Positions 13,401-24,053 of a stretch of 64,000 nucleotides of DNA are shown in pieces; position 1 is the first letter of the stretch, and each line of letters opens with the position of its first letter. The notes under the pieces are model-generated. The model saw nothing but the letters and a program-made list of their open reading frames with translations. It had not been told where the DNA came from and made no database searches. Source of the stretch: Takakia lepidozioides (Eukaryota; Plantae; Bryophyta); contig CM060733.1 in the NCBI GenBank assembly GCA_030704615.1, positions 11,098,001-11,162,000 of the forward strand. The letters are read 5' to 3'. A program made the position numbers and the translations under genes.

Positions 13401-15033
13401 TTGCTGACAGAAGGTTTATTCGCCCTCCCACGGATTTGGGCGTTTCCGACACTCGTAAGACCTTGCCACCATTCCCACATGGCAGCGTGACTACTCTCTT
13501 GCGGCCATCTATGACCACTCTGGATTTGCTCAAAAAGATCATCCCCAAAATGAGATCCACTCCATCGATCTCGCAGATGGTGAAGTTCTCAGGTCCCTCC
13601 CAACTCCCCAGTTGAAGAGGAACATCAAACGCCAACCTTGTCGCCAACTGTGGTTCTCCTTTGGCAGAACGCACCTCAATAGAGGCCCCCACGTCACTTG
13701 TCGGGAGTCCCAACTTTCGCGCCGCCGCCGGCGTCATGAAGGAGTGCGACGCTCCTGTGTCCACCAACAACGACACGTTAGTTCCGGATCTTATCCCATC
13801 CACGAACAATAACTGACTCCCTTTACGCAGGGCGCCAGTGTCCTGATACAACTCACAAGAATAGTTGCCTACCTTGCAAGTCCTGGCGACCACCGCTTCC
13901 ACCAAGCGACTGATGGTATCTTCCGACAGCTCCGTGGTTGCCCGAGTCATGTTCAATTGTCGAGGTTTTGTGCACTTCTTGGCCATGTGCCCGGGCTCCC
14001 CGCAATTGAAACACACTCCATCAAAGGTCGCCTTCTGTCCGCTATAAGCCGCTCCACCCGCTTTTCCTTTTGAAGCACCGGGTGCCGCCTTGACATGTGA
14101 AGGCCCTCCCTTCGATTTCCACGTGCCATTGTCGCCGCGTGGCCTATCCCACTTCTTTTCCGGTCGGAAAGAGTCACCTTCCCGCCGGGTCTTCTTGTGG
14201 TTCAGCTCCATACAGCCTTGTCTCTCACCCCTAGGGACATCCGAGAAACATTCAGCCCTCTCAATTGCCTCGTTCAAAGTCTTGGGTGGCTTCTCCTCCA
14301 ACTTCCGCCTGGCCCATGGGGCCAGTCCCGCCACAAAGTTGAAGACCATTTCTGGTTTTGCCATGTCCGCAACTTCGAGCAACAGCACATTGAAAGCCTG
14401 GACATACCCCCGAATGTCATCTGTTTGCTTCAAATTCCTCATCTTGTCCCGGGCAAGCCAGGACGCGTTGAGGGGCACAAACTGTCTCTTCATCAATTCC
14501 TTGAACCCACTCCAGTTCAAGGTTTCCGGGCTTGGACCTCGGTCGTGAAGGCGTTTCTGCCACCATTGTTGAGCATAGCCCCTCAAATAGGTGGGAGCCA
14601 CTTCCACCCGATCCTCGTCACTCAACTTGGCCGCCCGGAAATACTGCTCTAGCTCCAGGAGCCAGGTATTGAGTGCCTAACGATTTCGGACGCCCTCGAA
14701 GGTGTCGGGTTCCTTAGGCTTCACCTTAAACTTTGCCTTAGTGGAAGTGGCATTAGCCGCCTTCAACACGTCTTTCAACGTCCCGCCAAACTGCGCCAAC
14801 AACCCTTCCCAAAAGGCTGCCGGCATGGGAGGCATCTCTTGGTTTGTCGGAGCTCTCAAGGATTCCTCGGGCTCCGACTCCTCGGATTCCTCCCGCTCTT
14901 GAGCGACCTCGTTTTCGGAAACATGCATCGCTTCCTCAAACGGCCGCCTCGGTGACACGTCGCCCCCATCGGGCTCACCAGGATCATCATCTTTTGGGCC
15001 GTTCCGCTTTCGATTCGGCTTGCCCGACCCCAT
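10477..15033 (-). pseudogene. gag-pol polyprotein of chromovirus copy 1 (single frame, two premature TAG stops)
   Basis: ORFs 14677-15087, 12583-14625 and 10477-12570 share one frame; ATG at 15033. Motifs: zinc knuckle [14 protein letters not shown], protease LVDTGAS, RT YIDD, RNase H TDASD, integrase H..H/CxxC plus SMDF/SDRD/GQTER, and a class I chromodomain YEVEAVL...YLVKWKGY...SW. Confidence 0.95.
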
Positions 15034-15074
15034 GATGAGGCCAATCCCAAGGACGATCGCGTACTGAACTCTAA

Positions 15075-15086
15075 GCTCTGATACCA
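15075..15086 (-). promoter_or_regulatory. Primer-binding site (tRNA-iMet) of chromovirus copy 1
   Basis: TGGTATCAGAGC on the minus strand, 2 nt from the LTR end. Confidence 0.93.
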
Positions 15087-15111
15087 AGTGTCGCGCACCT
15101 CACTTCGGTAA

Positions 15112-15189
15112 GAGGTTATATATGCATGAGTTTATGCTTCAGCTTTGTGAGCTCGCATGAGCTTGTGCTTGTATTCTTCATCTTTATCA
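15112..15189 (+). repeat. Remnant (3' 78 bp) of the 5' LTR of the MTase-Gypsy
   Basis: GAGGTTATATATGCATGAG...TCTTTATCA matches 25995-26072 with about 3 mismatches. Confidence 0.85.
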
Positions 15190-15875
15190 CTCGAAAAAGA
15201 TGAGCTCGTATCTGTGAGTGCCAGATACGAGTTAGTTGTAGCACTTGTGGTTTTTGCTTGAGAATGAGAAAAACTAGGTTGTTATGCAAGGAGCACCGTG
15301 GAGCTCTTGGTTGTTAGAAGCGGAGGCGATGTGGGTTACGAGGTGGTAGACCTTGGCATTCGATCTTCAGCTTCAGAGATAAAAGCACCATGCTGCAGGT
15401 AATTCCAGAGCACCTTGATGGTTTCAGATTGTGTACATGCATGAGCAAGCACGATTGGGAAGAGGACCAGTCAAGAGCAGGTTATAGTGGCTTTGGTGGC
15501 AAAACTGAGAACTGGACTTGGGAATGCGAGCTTTCATTTTGTGAAGGATTGCAAGACCAAGTGAAAGGGCCGATTTGGCTTGGGGCAAATCAGTGCACTT
15601 TGTGGAGTATGTTGAGATTGGGTTTCAATCTCGAGCTTCAGCATTGAGAGGGCTCTTGTCATGGCAAGAGCAGGGCTGGAACAGGAGCTAAGAGGTGCGG
15701 CAAGGCCATGGAATCTGCACCTAGGGTTTCAGAGCTTGGAAGAAGAGCTCTTGCACCACAAGAAGAGTGTCTTGTGGCCTGAAATGTAAGCCTTAGGGTT
15801 TCAGGAGCTTGGCAAGGGCTATGGAGTGCTTAGTCTTGTCTTAGAGAGCATCAAGAAGCCAAAAAGCCAAGATAG

Positions 15876-16240
15876 GGGGCTGATATTACCTCTTGTGTGA
15901 AGAGGATGCATGTGTGGAGCATGCATGCAGCCCATTGAAGCTTCCATCTTGAAGCTTGGAGGGCAAGCAATGAAGAGGGAAGGGCTGACTTCTCTTATGT
16001 GAGGGCAACACATGTGTGGAGCATGCTTTCAGCCTGTTGAAGGCTTGTACTTTCAGGTTTGGGAGTGCAAGAAAGGAAACAAAGGGGCTGATTCTCTTGT
16101 GGTGAGAGTGGGGCATATGTGGAGCATGCCTTCAGTCCATTGGGGTTTTGTTTTCAAGCTTTAGAGAGCTAGAATGGAAGGGCTAGGGCAGGTTCCCACT
16201 TGGGTGAAAGAAAAGCACTTGTAGGGCATATGTGAGGTGG
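15876..16240 (+). repeat. Degenerate ~103-bp tandem repeat (3-4 units)
   Basis: GGGGCTGA...CTCTT.TG...ATGTG(TG)GAGCATGC..CAG recurs at ~15876, 15982 and 16084, with a weaker copy at 16186. Confidence 0.6.
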
Positions 16241-16530
16241 GGTTTCAACCTCAAGCCTAGATAGAGCATGGCTCTTGAAGTGGAAGGTGTAGGGGGCTGG
16301 AATAGGCTCTAAGAGAGATGCTATGGCCAAGGAAAACGCTTGAATGAGTGCTCACAAGGGCTGGAAGGACAGTACCAACACACAGATGGGAATGGTCAAA
16401 GGAGGACGGGAGATCTCCCATCGTACGATGTAATCTATAATAAGGATAAATCAGAACAACATTACATCCTTTCAATCTATCCCCTCTCACAGATGCCCTC
16501 ACAAACTCACATGTTGTTTAATGGACTAAC

Positions 16531-16623
16531 CTTTCTACAGCTAATCATCCATAGACTGATGGTCAAACCGAACGTGTAAACCAGATTTTGGAGCAGTATC
16601 TTCGCTGTACGATAAATTATCAG
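16531..16623 (+). pseudogene. Orphan Gypsy integrase fragment
   Basis: Translates [30 protein letters not shown], the integrase core around the catalytic Glu. It is chromovirus-like and unlike the element's own DGLAERVVQ motif. Confidence 0.8.
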
Positions 16624-16884
16624 GTTGTTTGCTATTGAGTTTAGTGGCGTGTTTGGGGAGTCTAAGTGAGAAAGAAGGCTTGGTTTGTGGCAACCATCTT
16701 CCTCATGGCTTAGGGCTACTATTGGTGGTGTGTGAGAGCCGAAAGAGCAAGAATACCTTGCTGATTTCTTCACAGCCGCCATAGCTCGGTGCAAAGAAGC
16801 CTAGAGTCCAAGAGACACAAACCCTAGCTTGGCGTGGCTAAACCCCTTGAAGAAATGGCTAAACTGCCATGAGTGGCCATGGAT

Positions 16885-17400
16885 GGGGCTGTGACGGGCT
16901 GTGATGGGCTGTGCCCTGTGGCCTATGGGGCTGTGAGGGGCTGTGACCCCTGTGACCTGTGTAGGGCTGTGACAGGCTATGGCCTTTGGGGCTGTGACCC
17001 CTGTGACCTGTGTAGGGCTGTGACAGGCTGTGGCCTTTGGGGCTATGACCCCTGTGACCTTTGTAGGGCTGTGACAGGTTGTGCTTGTGGCCTTTGGGGT
17101 TGTGATGGGCTGTGGACCTGTGGCCTTGGGGGCTGTGACAGGCTGTGCCTGTGGCCTTTGGGGCTGTGACGGGCTGTGGCCTTTGGGGGTTGTGATGGGC
17201 TGTGACAGGCTGTGACATGTGGCCTTTGGGGCCGTGAGGGGCTGTGACAGGCTGTGCCATGTGGCCTTTGGGGTTGTGACGGGCTGTGACGTGTGGCCTT
17301 GGGGGCTGTGAGGGGCTGTGACAGGCTGTGACCTGTGGCCTGTGGCCTGTGTGGGGTTGTGACGGCTGTGACCAATGATCTGTGTGGGCCTGTGTTGGTC
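16885..17400 (+). repeat. Minisatellite of ~10-12-bp GGGCTGTGAC / TGTGGCCTTT units with ~51-bp higher-order repeats
   Basis: Directly visible, e.g. GGGGCTGTGACCCCTGTGACCTGTGTAGGGCTGTGACAGGCT x3. Confidence 0.9.
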
Positions 17401-18287
17401 TGTGGTGGCCCGTGTTGACATGTGGACGGCCTATGCTAACTCGTGGGGGCACTAGTGGACTGCCTGAGGACTGACATGTGGTCTTGAAGGCCGAATTTTG
17501 ACGCTCGTGGAGGGCGGTTTGAGGAGTATCTTCATGATATTCCCATGGTCATGCAAATGAGGGAAGAGAGGAGAGGAAGAGTGTTGGGATGAGGGCATGC
17601 TAGGGTTAGGCATTGCTTTAGCTTCTCTTCCTCGTAGTTTTCCACCCTCTCATTAGGCCAAGACCTTTCTGTAGGTGGAGGCAAGAGTCAGTCCGGGTTT
17701 GGGCTGGGGTGTCATTGCAGGAGCAACACCGTGGACTTGTTTTTGGTGTGGGGGAGTTGTCGTTCTGATTTCTTGTGTTTGGATCCCCTCCATACCTGCA
17801 TGTTTGACTGTGCGCCATGTTAGTTTTGTGTGGGCGCTTGTTTTTATAGGTGATTGGTCCGGATTTGATCACCGGCCAGTCCTAGAGCATGCTGTCGATG
17901 GTGAGGCTGGGGTGATGACCAGTCAGACCATCATTGTTTCTCCTGTGGTGAGGTTGGAAGTGATGACCAGCCAACCATAGGAGTGCTTGCGGTGGATGCA
18001 GGTGTAGGTGTAGGCTATGTTAGGAACCTAGTATTCCAAACCATAAGCCGCAACAGGTTCTCTACCCGGTTACCTTGTGGAGAGGGGGTTAGGGACATGT
18101 TCATGACCGGAAGTGACAGTTTGTCAACACGGAGGTGCCACTAGTTGCTGGGGACAGTGCCGGTTTGAGCACTAGCAATACTAGTGGGTACACGAGACGA
18201 GGTGTGCGGTTTAGGCCACCTTCACCTCCTGTGTCTTCTACGGAAGGTTTTGATTCGGATTGTGAATCAGGATGACTCACACCGGCG

Positions 18288-19729
18288 GTGCAAGTTATTT
18301 CATTGCCATTGTTGTGGGACACAATGGAGGAGATGTATGGAGCTACCAAGGGGCCACAAAGGTACTCTGGGGCGGTGGGCACCATCGAGTTGGATGATTT
18401 TATCCAAGAGTTTGATAGTTGGTGTGATTTGCAGCAAATGCGCAATCCACAACTATTTACGCCTTTCATGGCATGGAAGGGGCTGTTTCAACACCTTGAG
18501 GGGCCGCCTATGGATGATTACCATGAGTTCAGGTGGGGGCATGAGGTTGAGATCGAGGAGTGGAGGATGTACTGGTCACCCGACTATGTCTCCATCACTA
18601 GGGGCACTAGAGCCACAAAGGGAGTGGCTACACTTGCCGCTGCACCGGCAGCTTCAGCAAGCAGCAGTGGGACTAGTGGGACTGGTGGTACCGTAGCTAC
18701 GACGTCCACTCAAACTACTGTTGCACCAGCACCAGTGGTGGTGCCTGCCTTCAACCCTGTTGTGGAGTTCTTCGAAGGAGCTACCAAGGGGTAAGGACAA
18801 AGAAGTTGAGGAGCTTGCAAAAGTTCCAACGGAAGCCTACTGAGAGCTTGAGGGAGGTTTTCACTCGCATGAGGCGCTTGATTAATGCAACCCAAGGGGT
18901 TACGGAGGCTCAGGTAGTCCAATTCTGGTATGGGATATTGGACAAAGAGCTGAGGAGAAGGGTGCGGGATGCAATTCTCCTACAAGCGGCCCAACCCACC
19001 TTAGCAAATGTGTTTTTGCTAGCAGAGCGGATAGAGCTCAACATGGTGGAGGAACGAGTGGTCATGGTGGGATTTGCTAAGGAGGCACCACGGGGTAGTG
19101 GTGCTCCTAGCCAACCACTACCTCAATGTGCTCAAGGCAACAAGGGGGCTCAGGTGAAGCCGAGGGAAGGGCAGAGAGGACCTCAGATGCAGGGGTCTCT
19201 CTTTTCATTTGCAGGCCAACAACGGGCGGAGGTGGTGTGTTGGACATGTGGAGGACCCCATGTCAAGAAGGATTGCCTAGAGGGAGGCAAAGGGTCGGCA
19301 CATGCACAGCCTGCACAGTTGCAGTGTGGGCATTGTGGCAAGCACGGGCATGGAGAGGCCCAGTGTTATGGTTTATATCCTGAGTTGCACCCAGGCCAGT
19401 TCCAAGGGAACAATGGTGGCCGGGGGCGAGGTGGAGTAGCCCAGAGAAGACGAGGTGGCCAGGCACGAGGTGCAGGCCAAGGGCAAGCTCAACATGGCCA
19501 AGGACGTGGAGGTCAGGGTGTTGACCAAGGCATGGCCAACCGGCTTCAGCAGCTAGAGCAGAGACTTGCTACCATGGCTACAGCTCAGGTGGTACCGGCT
19601 CCAAGGCCGGATGGTCCACCTCCTGCTCCCGAAGGAGGAAATATGGGAGGCATGGGATTCATGTGCGGAGCAGCACTACCACTAGTGCAGGTGGAGCCTG
19701 CTACAGCCGTGACTCGAGGAGCAGCATGA
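18288..19729 (+). pseudogene. gag of the MTase-Gypsy (frameshift near 18775; true start upstream and uncertain)
   Basis: Capsid-like segments (RYSG...LDDFIQEFDSW; FQRKPTESLREVFTRM...FWYGILDKELR), zinc knuckles CWTCGGPHVKKDC and CGHCGKHGHGEAQC, and an RGG-rich tail. Confidence 0.8.
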
Positions 19730-20204
19730 GTTCCTGAGCCACGAGGTGCAGAGGTGGAGTTGGATCCACAGCGTGGGGAGGCAAGCCATCAGGCTCGGCT
19801 TCCTCAGTCATTCACATTGGCAGAGACAGTGTCGACACCATCCATAGCACCTAGTTCTCGCCCGACTGTTACCGAGGCGGAGGTTACTATGCCATTGGGG
19901 AGAGCTACAGGGGTAGCACCACTTTATAGTGTTGCCAAGGCTACGGCAGCTAGTGTGCTGCTGGGACCGGCCACATCTGTGTGTCAGGCTCCATTGTTCT
20001 CGGCTACCATAATTGCGACGCCGGGGGTAAGACCAGCTGAGGTGTTCAGGCTGGCAGCTACACTCTGTGAGAGTGGGGAGGTTACTTCATCTTCTGCGGA
20101 GATAGTGGGAGGTGTAGTGCCGGAGGGATCCTCGGATTTGAGGGTCAAGACTGCCACGGCGGCACCATGGACCGGCAGGCAAGAGGTACCGGCCACTGCG
20201 GGTC

Positions 20205-20570
20205 TTGTTGGACTCGGGAGCTCAGCCATTGATGCTGGGTAGAGCTGTTATTGCAGGCTTGGGCCTCACGGAGGCGGATATGGAGCATTGTCCTTTCCAG
20301 ATACAGACGTCTCTGGGAGGATCGGAGCAGGCTCGGGGCATGACACGGCGTGAGCTGGCTATCAGACTATGGTCGGATCACCCTACAGATGGCGCAGTGA
20401 TGCGAGCCAAGGCCATTGTGACAGACGCGGTCTCATACGATGTCCTAGTTGGTGGGGCAATGTTGTACCCCATGGGCTTCACCCTGGATTTTTGGGAAGA
20501 ATCAGCTTCTTATAGGCCTGGATGGCAGTCAGGGGAGGGCCGGCGTGTGCAGCTCCCTGTGACGTTCATA
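20205..20570 (+). pseudogene. Aspartic protease domain of MTase-Gypsy pol
   Basis: LDSGAQP active site and downstream YDVLVG motif. Confidence 0.85.
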
Positions 20571-20924
20571 GGAGAAGTTGTGGTTGCCCAGCTGGGTAAG
20601 ATGCCGATACTAGCAGCATTCACAGCTGCAGTGACTTGGCCTGGAGAGTTGCTAGAGGGCAACGCTCATTCAGAGGATGACACACCTCCAAGAGAGCAGG
20701 ATGACATGTATGGTATGGCAAAGTTGCCTACCATGGTTGCTCAGACTCCATTGTGGGGCACGAGCAAGGATTTGCAGCGGGTTGCTGATCGACGGGTGCA
20801 ACAAGCCTGGATGGAGGCCTTTGTACCATCAGGAGAGGAGGAGAGTGCGGGGATTGCACCAGGACCACCTCAGTTGTCACCATTGGATACCACACCTATT
20901 GTGTGGTAGTATCCGGATGAAGAT

Positions 20925-21890
20925 ATTTGTCTTCTGGACTTGTTTGGCGGGATCAGCACCGGATTGGCTACTATGTTATAGGCAGGTGTACGAGTTCGGC
21001 GTTACCTGTATGTGGAGAGGGATGAGATTGCACGACGCGTTTCACTACGTCATGTTGCTCAGTTGGTGCAGCAGTACCCTGAGTTGTTGCCGTTGTCTGC
21101 AGTTCGTGGATATCAGCAAGCCTTGCCAGCAGACATTTCGTTGCTGGGGGTGCAAGATTTGGAGCGGGTTGGCTCCATTGATCTGGCAGTGGCAGGTTGG
21201 CCCTGCCAAGGGCATTTATCAGCCGGGCATGGCAATGGATTGCGAGACTCGAGGTCGGGTTTGTTTTGGGAGATGGTGCGGGTTTTGCGCCACTTGCAGC
21301 TTCATCAAGCTATATCTCCAGCATACATCTTGGAGAATATGCCACTGATAGGCGATTCTCGGGCTAGGGTGATGGCCAGTGTGCATCAAGTCCGGTCGTG
21401 GCTTGGGTCAGCAGTGTTGCTAGATGCAGCTACAGTGGGGTCACGGGTTCATCGTCCACGGCTATGGTGGACTAACCTGATGCCACCCGCACTGCTCAAG
21501 CGTGCATTTGATGGGGTGCAGTGGCCAGCACACCTCACAGTGGATAGCATTTTGGACAAAGGGAAGCACTCTCAGCGTGTGAGACACGATGACCGTTCGC
21601 CTTTAACAGTGGTCAACAAGGTGGGTCAACCACGAGTAGCATTACCTACACTGCTCACCTTCCCAGGATCGCATGCTTTTCAGGATAGTAGACCTGGCCT
21701 CCTGTGGGATGCTTAGTTGCAGCACTTAGTGGAGCCTAATGCTGACGAGCGTGAGCGGGCAATGGGTTTTACCACTGGTACCACGGCGGTGCCGTCTCTT
21801 TCTGAGGCATCACGTTGTCAGGTGTTGGGGCAAGCATTGGATCTCAATTGCTTGACCTGGATTATCAGCTTGGCTATGGCTGAGCAACGC
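20925..21890 (+). pseudogene. C5-cytosine DNA methyltransferase domain embedded in pol (DNMT3/DRM-like motifs in unpermuted order; two TAG stops)
   Basis: One frame: motif I LLDLFGGISTG (20931-20963), II YVERD, IV IDLAVAGWPCQG (PC at 21201-21206), V GLRDSRSGLF, VI YILENM (21333), VIII VHRPRLWW, IX ERERAMGF, X RCQVLGQAL. Stops at 20979 and 21714. Confidence 0.93.
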
Positions 21891-22289
21891 AGAATGCGGA
21901 GTACACTTCCCTCGATGGTCTCTCTACCTACCGAGACGGTACAGGCAGTGAGTGGGGGCGAGCATGAGAGGACCACGGGGTGCAGACATCCATGGCGCAC
22001 GTGGGAGGTGCTCGAGGTTCAGAGGGAGTTGGCAGCCAGGGCGGCGGTGATGGATGAGGTTGGGGATTTTTCTCGGGTTGAGGAAGTCCTCGAGGATGAG
22101 ATGATGGGGCAGGATGAGGCCTTGTCAATGACTAAGCAGGTAGGGAGTACTGCTCAAGAGGTTGCAACATAGCAACCACTGGACGCGTCCTCTACCTCTA
22201 AGCCCACTAGACTTAAGGTTGCAGTTACGGAGGATAATTGGGAGCCTGACATTGGACCCATTGTCATCGGAGGAGAGAGACGACGTATA

Positions 22290-23660
22290 CGGCGGTTCCT
22301 GAGGGCTTACATGAATTGCTTTGCCTTCAGTTTGAAGGACTTGGGAGCACTGAAGGGTCAAGAGATTCGTATTGAGTTGGCCACTAACACGCCAATCTTT
22401 CAGAGACCCTATAGATACAGTGACATGGAGAGGTCTTTGATTCAGATGAGGACTCAAGATCTTTAGGAGGCTGGTTTGGTGGAGCTCTCTGGTGGAGAGT
22501 ATGCTTCAGCCACAGTGATGCCAGCCAAGAAGGATGTCTATGGCAATTGGACGGAGAGACGTATGTGCGGTGATTACCGGCCTGTAAATCGTCAGACCAA
22601 GTCCGATAAGTATGCCATGCCAACACCAGAGGAGATCTTTGATGCCATCGGGCATGCTAAGGTCTTTAGCACTTTGGATTTACGATCCGGATATCACCAG
22701 TTGCCGATCAAGGAGGCAGACAAGCAGAAGACGGCATTCTAGGGGATCAATGAGCACGGCAATGATTGCCTATATCAGTGGCGGTTCTTACCATTTGGGC
22801 TTAAGAACGCTCCCTACAGAGTTTCAGAGAGTCATGGATAGGATTCTAGCAGGGGTGGACTTTGCTCGGTGCTACATAGATGACATCATCATCTTTAGTG
22901 CTACGGTGGAGGAGCATGACAGGTGGTATTGGAGCGCTTGAGAGCGCACGGATTGAAGTTGCATCCGGGGAAGTGCAAGTTTTTCCACAACCAGATTGAG
23001 TATCTGGGTCACATGATATATCTTGGAGGATTGGGGGTATAGCAGACTAAGGTAGAGGCCCATTGCACAAATTCCACGCCCCACGGATGTGAGCCGAGTT
23101 CGAGCTTTCATGGGGTTGGCAAACTATTATAGACGGTTTGTCAAGGGATTTAGTGCCATTGCAAAGGCTCTAACCAAGCTGACCAAGGTGGACCAGGAGT
23201 GGCAGTGGGAAGATGAGCAGAAATGAGCTTTTCAAGAGCTCAAGGCGAGGTTGACCTCGGCGCCTATCCTGAGACGACCTATCAGGGGGCGTCCTTTTCA
23301 GCTGCATACGGATTGGAGCATGCTGGGGCTTGGAGCGGTAGTCACATAGGTGGATGATGAGGGAAGAGAGTTCGTAGTGGCTTATGCTAGCCACTCGAGC
23401 AACGCTGCAGAGGCTAAAGTATAGCTCATATGAGGGAGAGTGCTTAGCTGCAGTGTGGGCCGTGGCACACTTCAGGTGCTATCTATATGACAATCTCTTC
23501 ACCCTTGTCATGGATCACCAGCCACTCAAGTGGTTGATGGAGTCAGACAAGCTTACGGGGAAGCTTGCACGGTGGGCACTCATACTCCAGGAGTATGACT
23601 TTTAGGTTGTGCATCGACCGGGTTTGGTCAATCGGGATGCGGATGGATTGAGTCGCAATC
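22290..23660 (+). pseudogene. Reverse transcriptase and RNase H of MTase-Gypsy pol (stops and frameshifts)
   Basis: [31 protein letters not shown] and CYIDDIIIFS; RNase H LHTDWS...GAV...VAYAS, YSSYEGECLAAVWAV...DHQPLKWL...LARWAL. Confidence 0.93.
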
Positions 23661-24053
23661 CATGCATGAGCCAACAAGATGACACTGGAGCTCGGTGGCA
23701 TGGTGAGACGGACGAGGAGATGGTGCCGGGATGGCACGCATCTGCATTTTTGTGTATCTTGGCATCGGGAGGTCAGGTTGGACCTGCAACACGGATGACT
23801 GTAGACGGAGTGTCTAAGGACCCTAAGGCTAGTGATGAGCCAGGTGGTGCCAGAGATATACATGAGGATTCGGCTGTGTTGGACTACCTCCGCATGGGAG
23901 ATACGGCATCCACTGTGACTGCCAGGGAGAGGGATCGGATCCTGCAACGAGCCAAGAGGTTCAAGTGGGAGGGGATACACCTGCTTCGAGTGTGGGAGGA
24001 TGGTCGGGTGAGGATCGTGCCTCACCCAACACAATGTGCACGGTTAGTGCAGC

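Larger units (their letters stand above)
8846..15112 (-). mobile_element. Ty3/Gypsy chromovirus LTR retrotransposon, copy 1 (5' LTR truncated to 24 bp)
   Basis: 3' LTR 8846-9572 (TGTCGCG...CGCGACA); gag-PR-RT-RH-INT-chromodomain on the minus strand; tRNA-iMet PBS at 15075-15086; 5' LTR remnant at 15089-15112 only. Confidence 0.96.

Noticed and set aside
16801-17452. Long S/Q/P/T-rich and His-rich ORFs (206, 197 and 110 aa) and a Cys-rich plus-strand ORF
   Set aside because: They are translations of the GGGCTGTGAC minisatellite, open in several frames because of low complexity.
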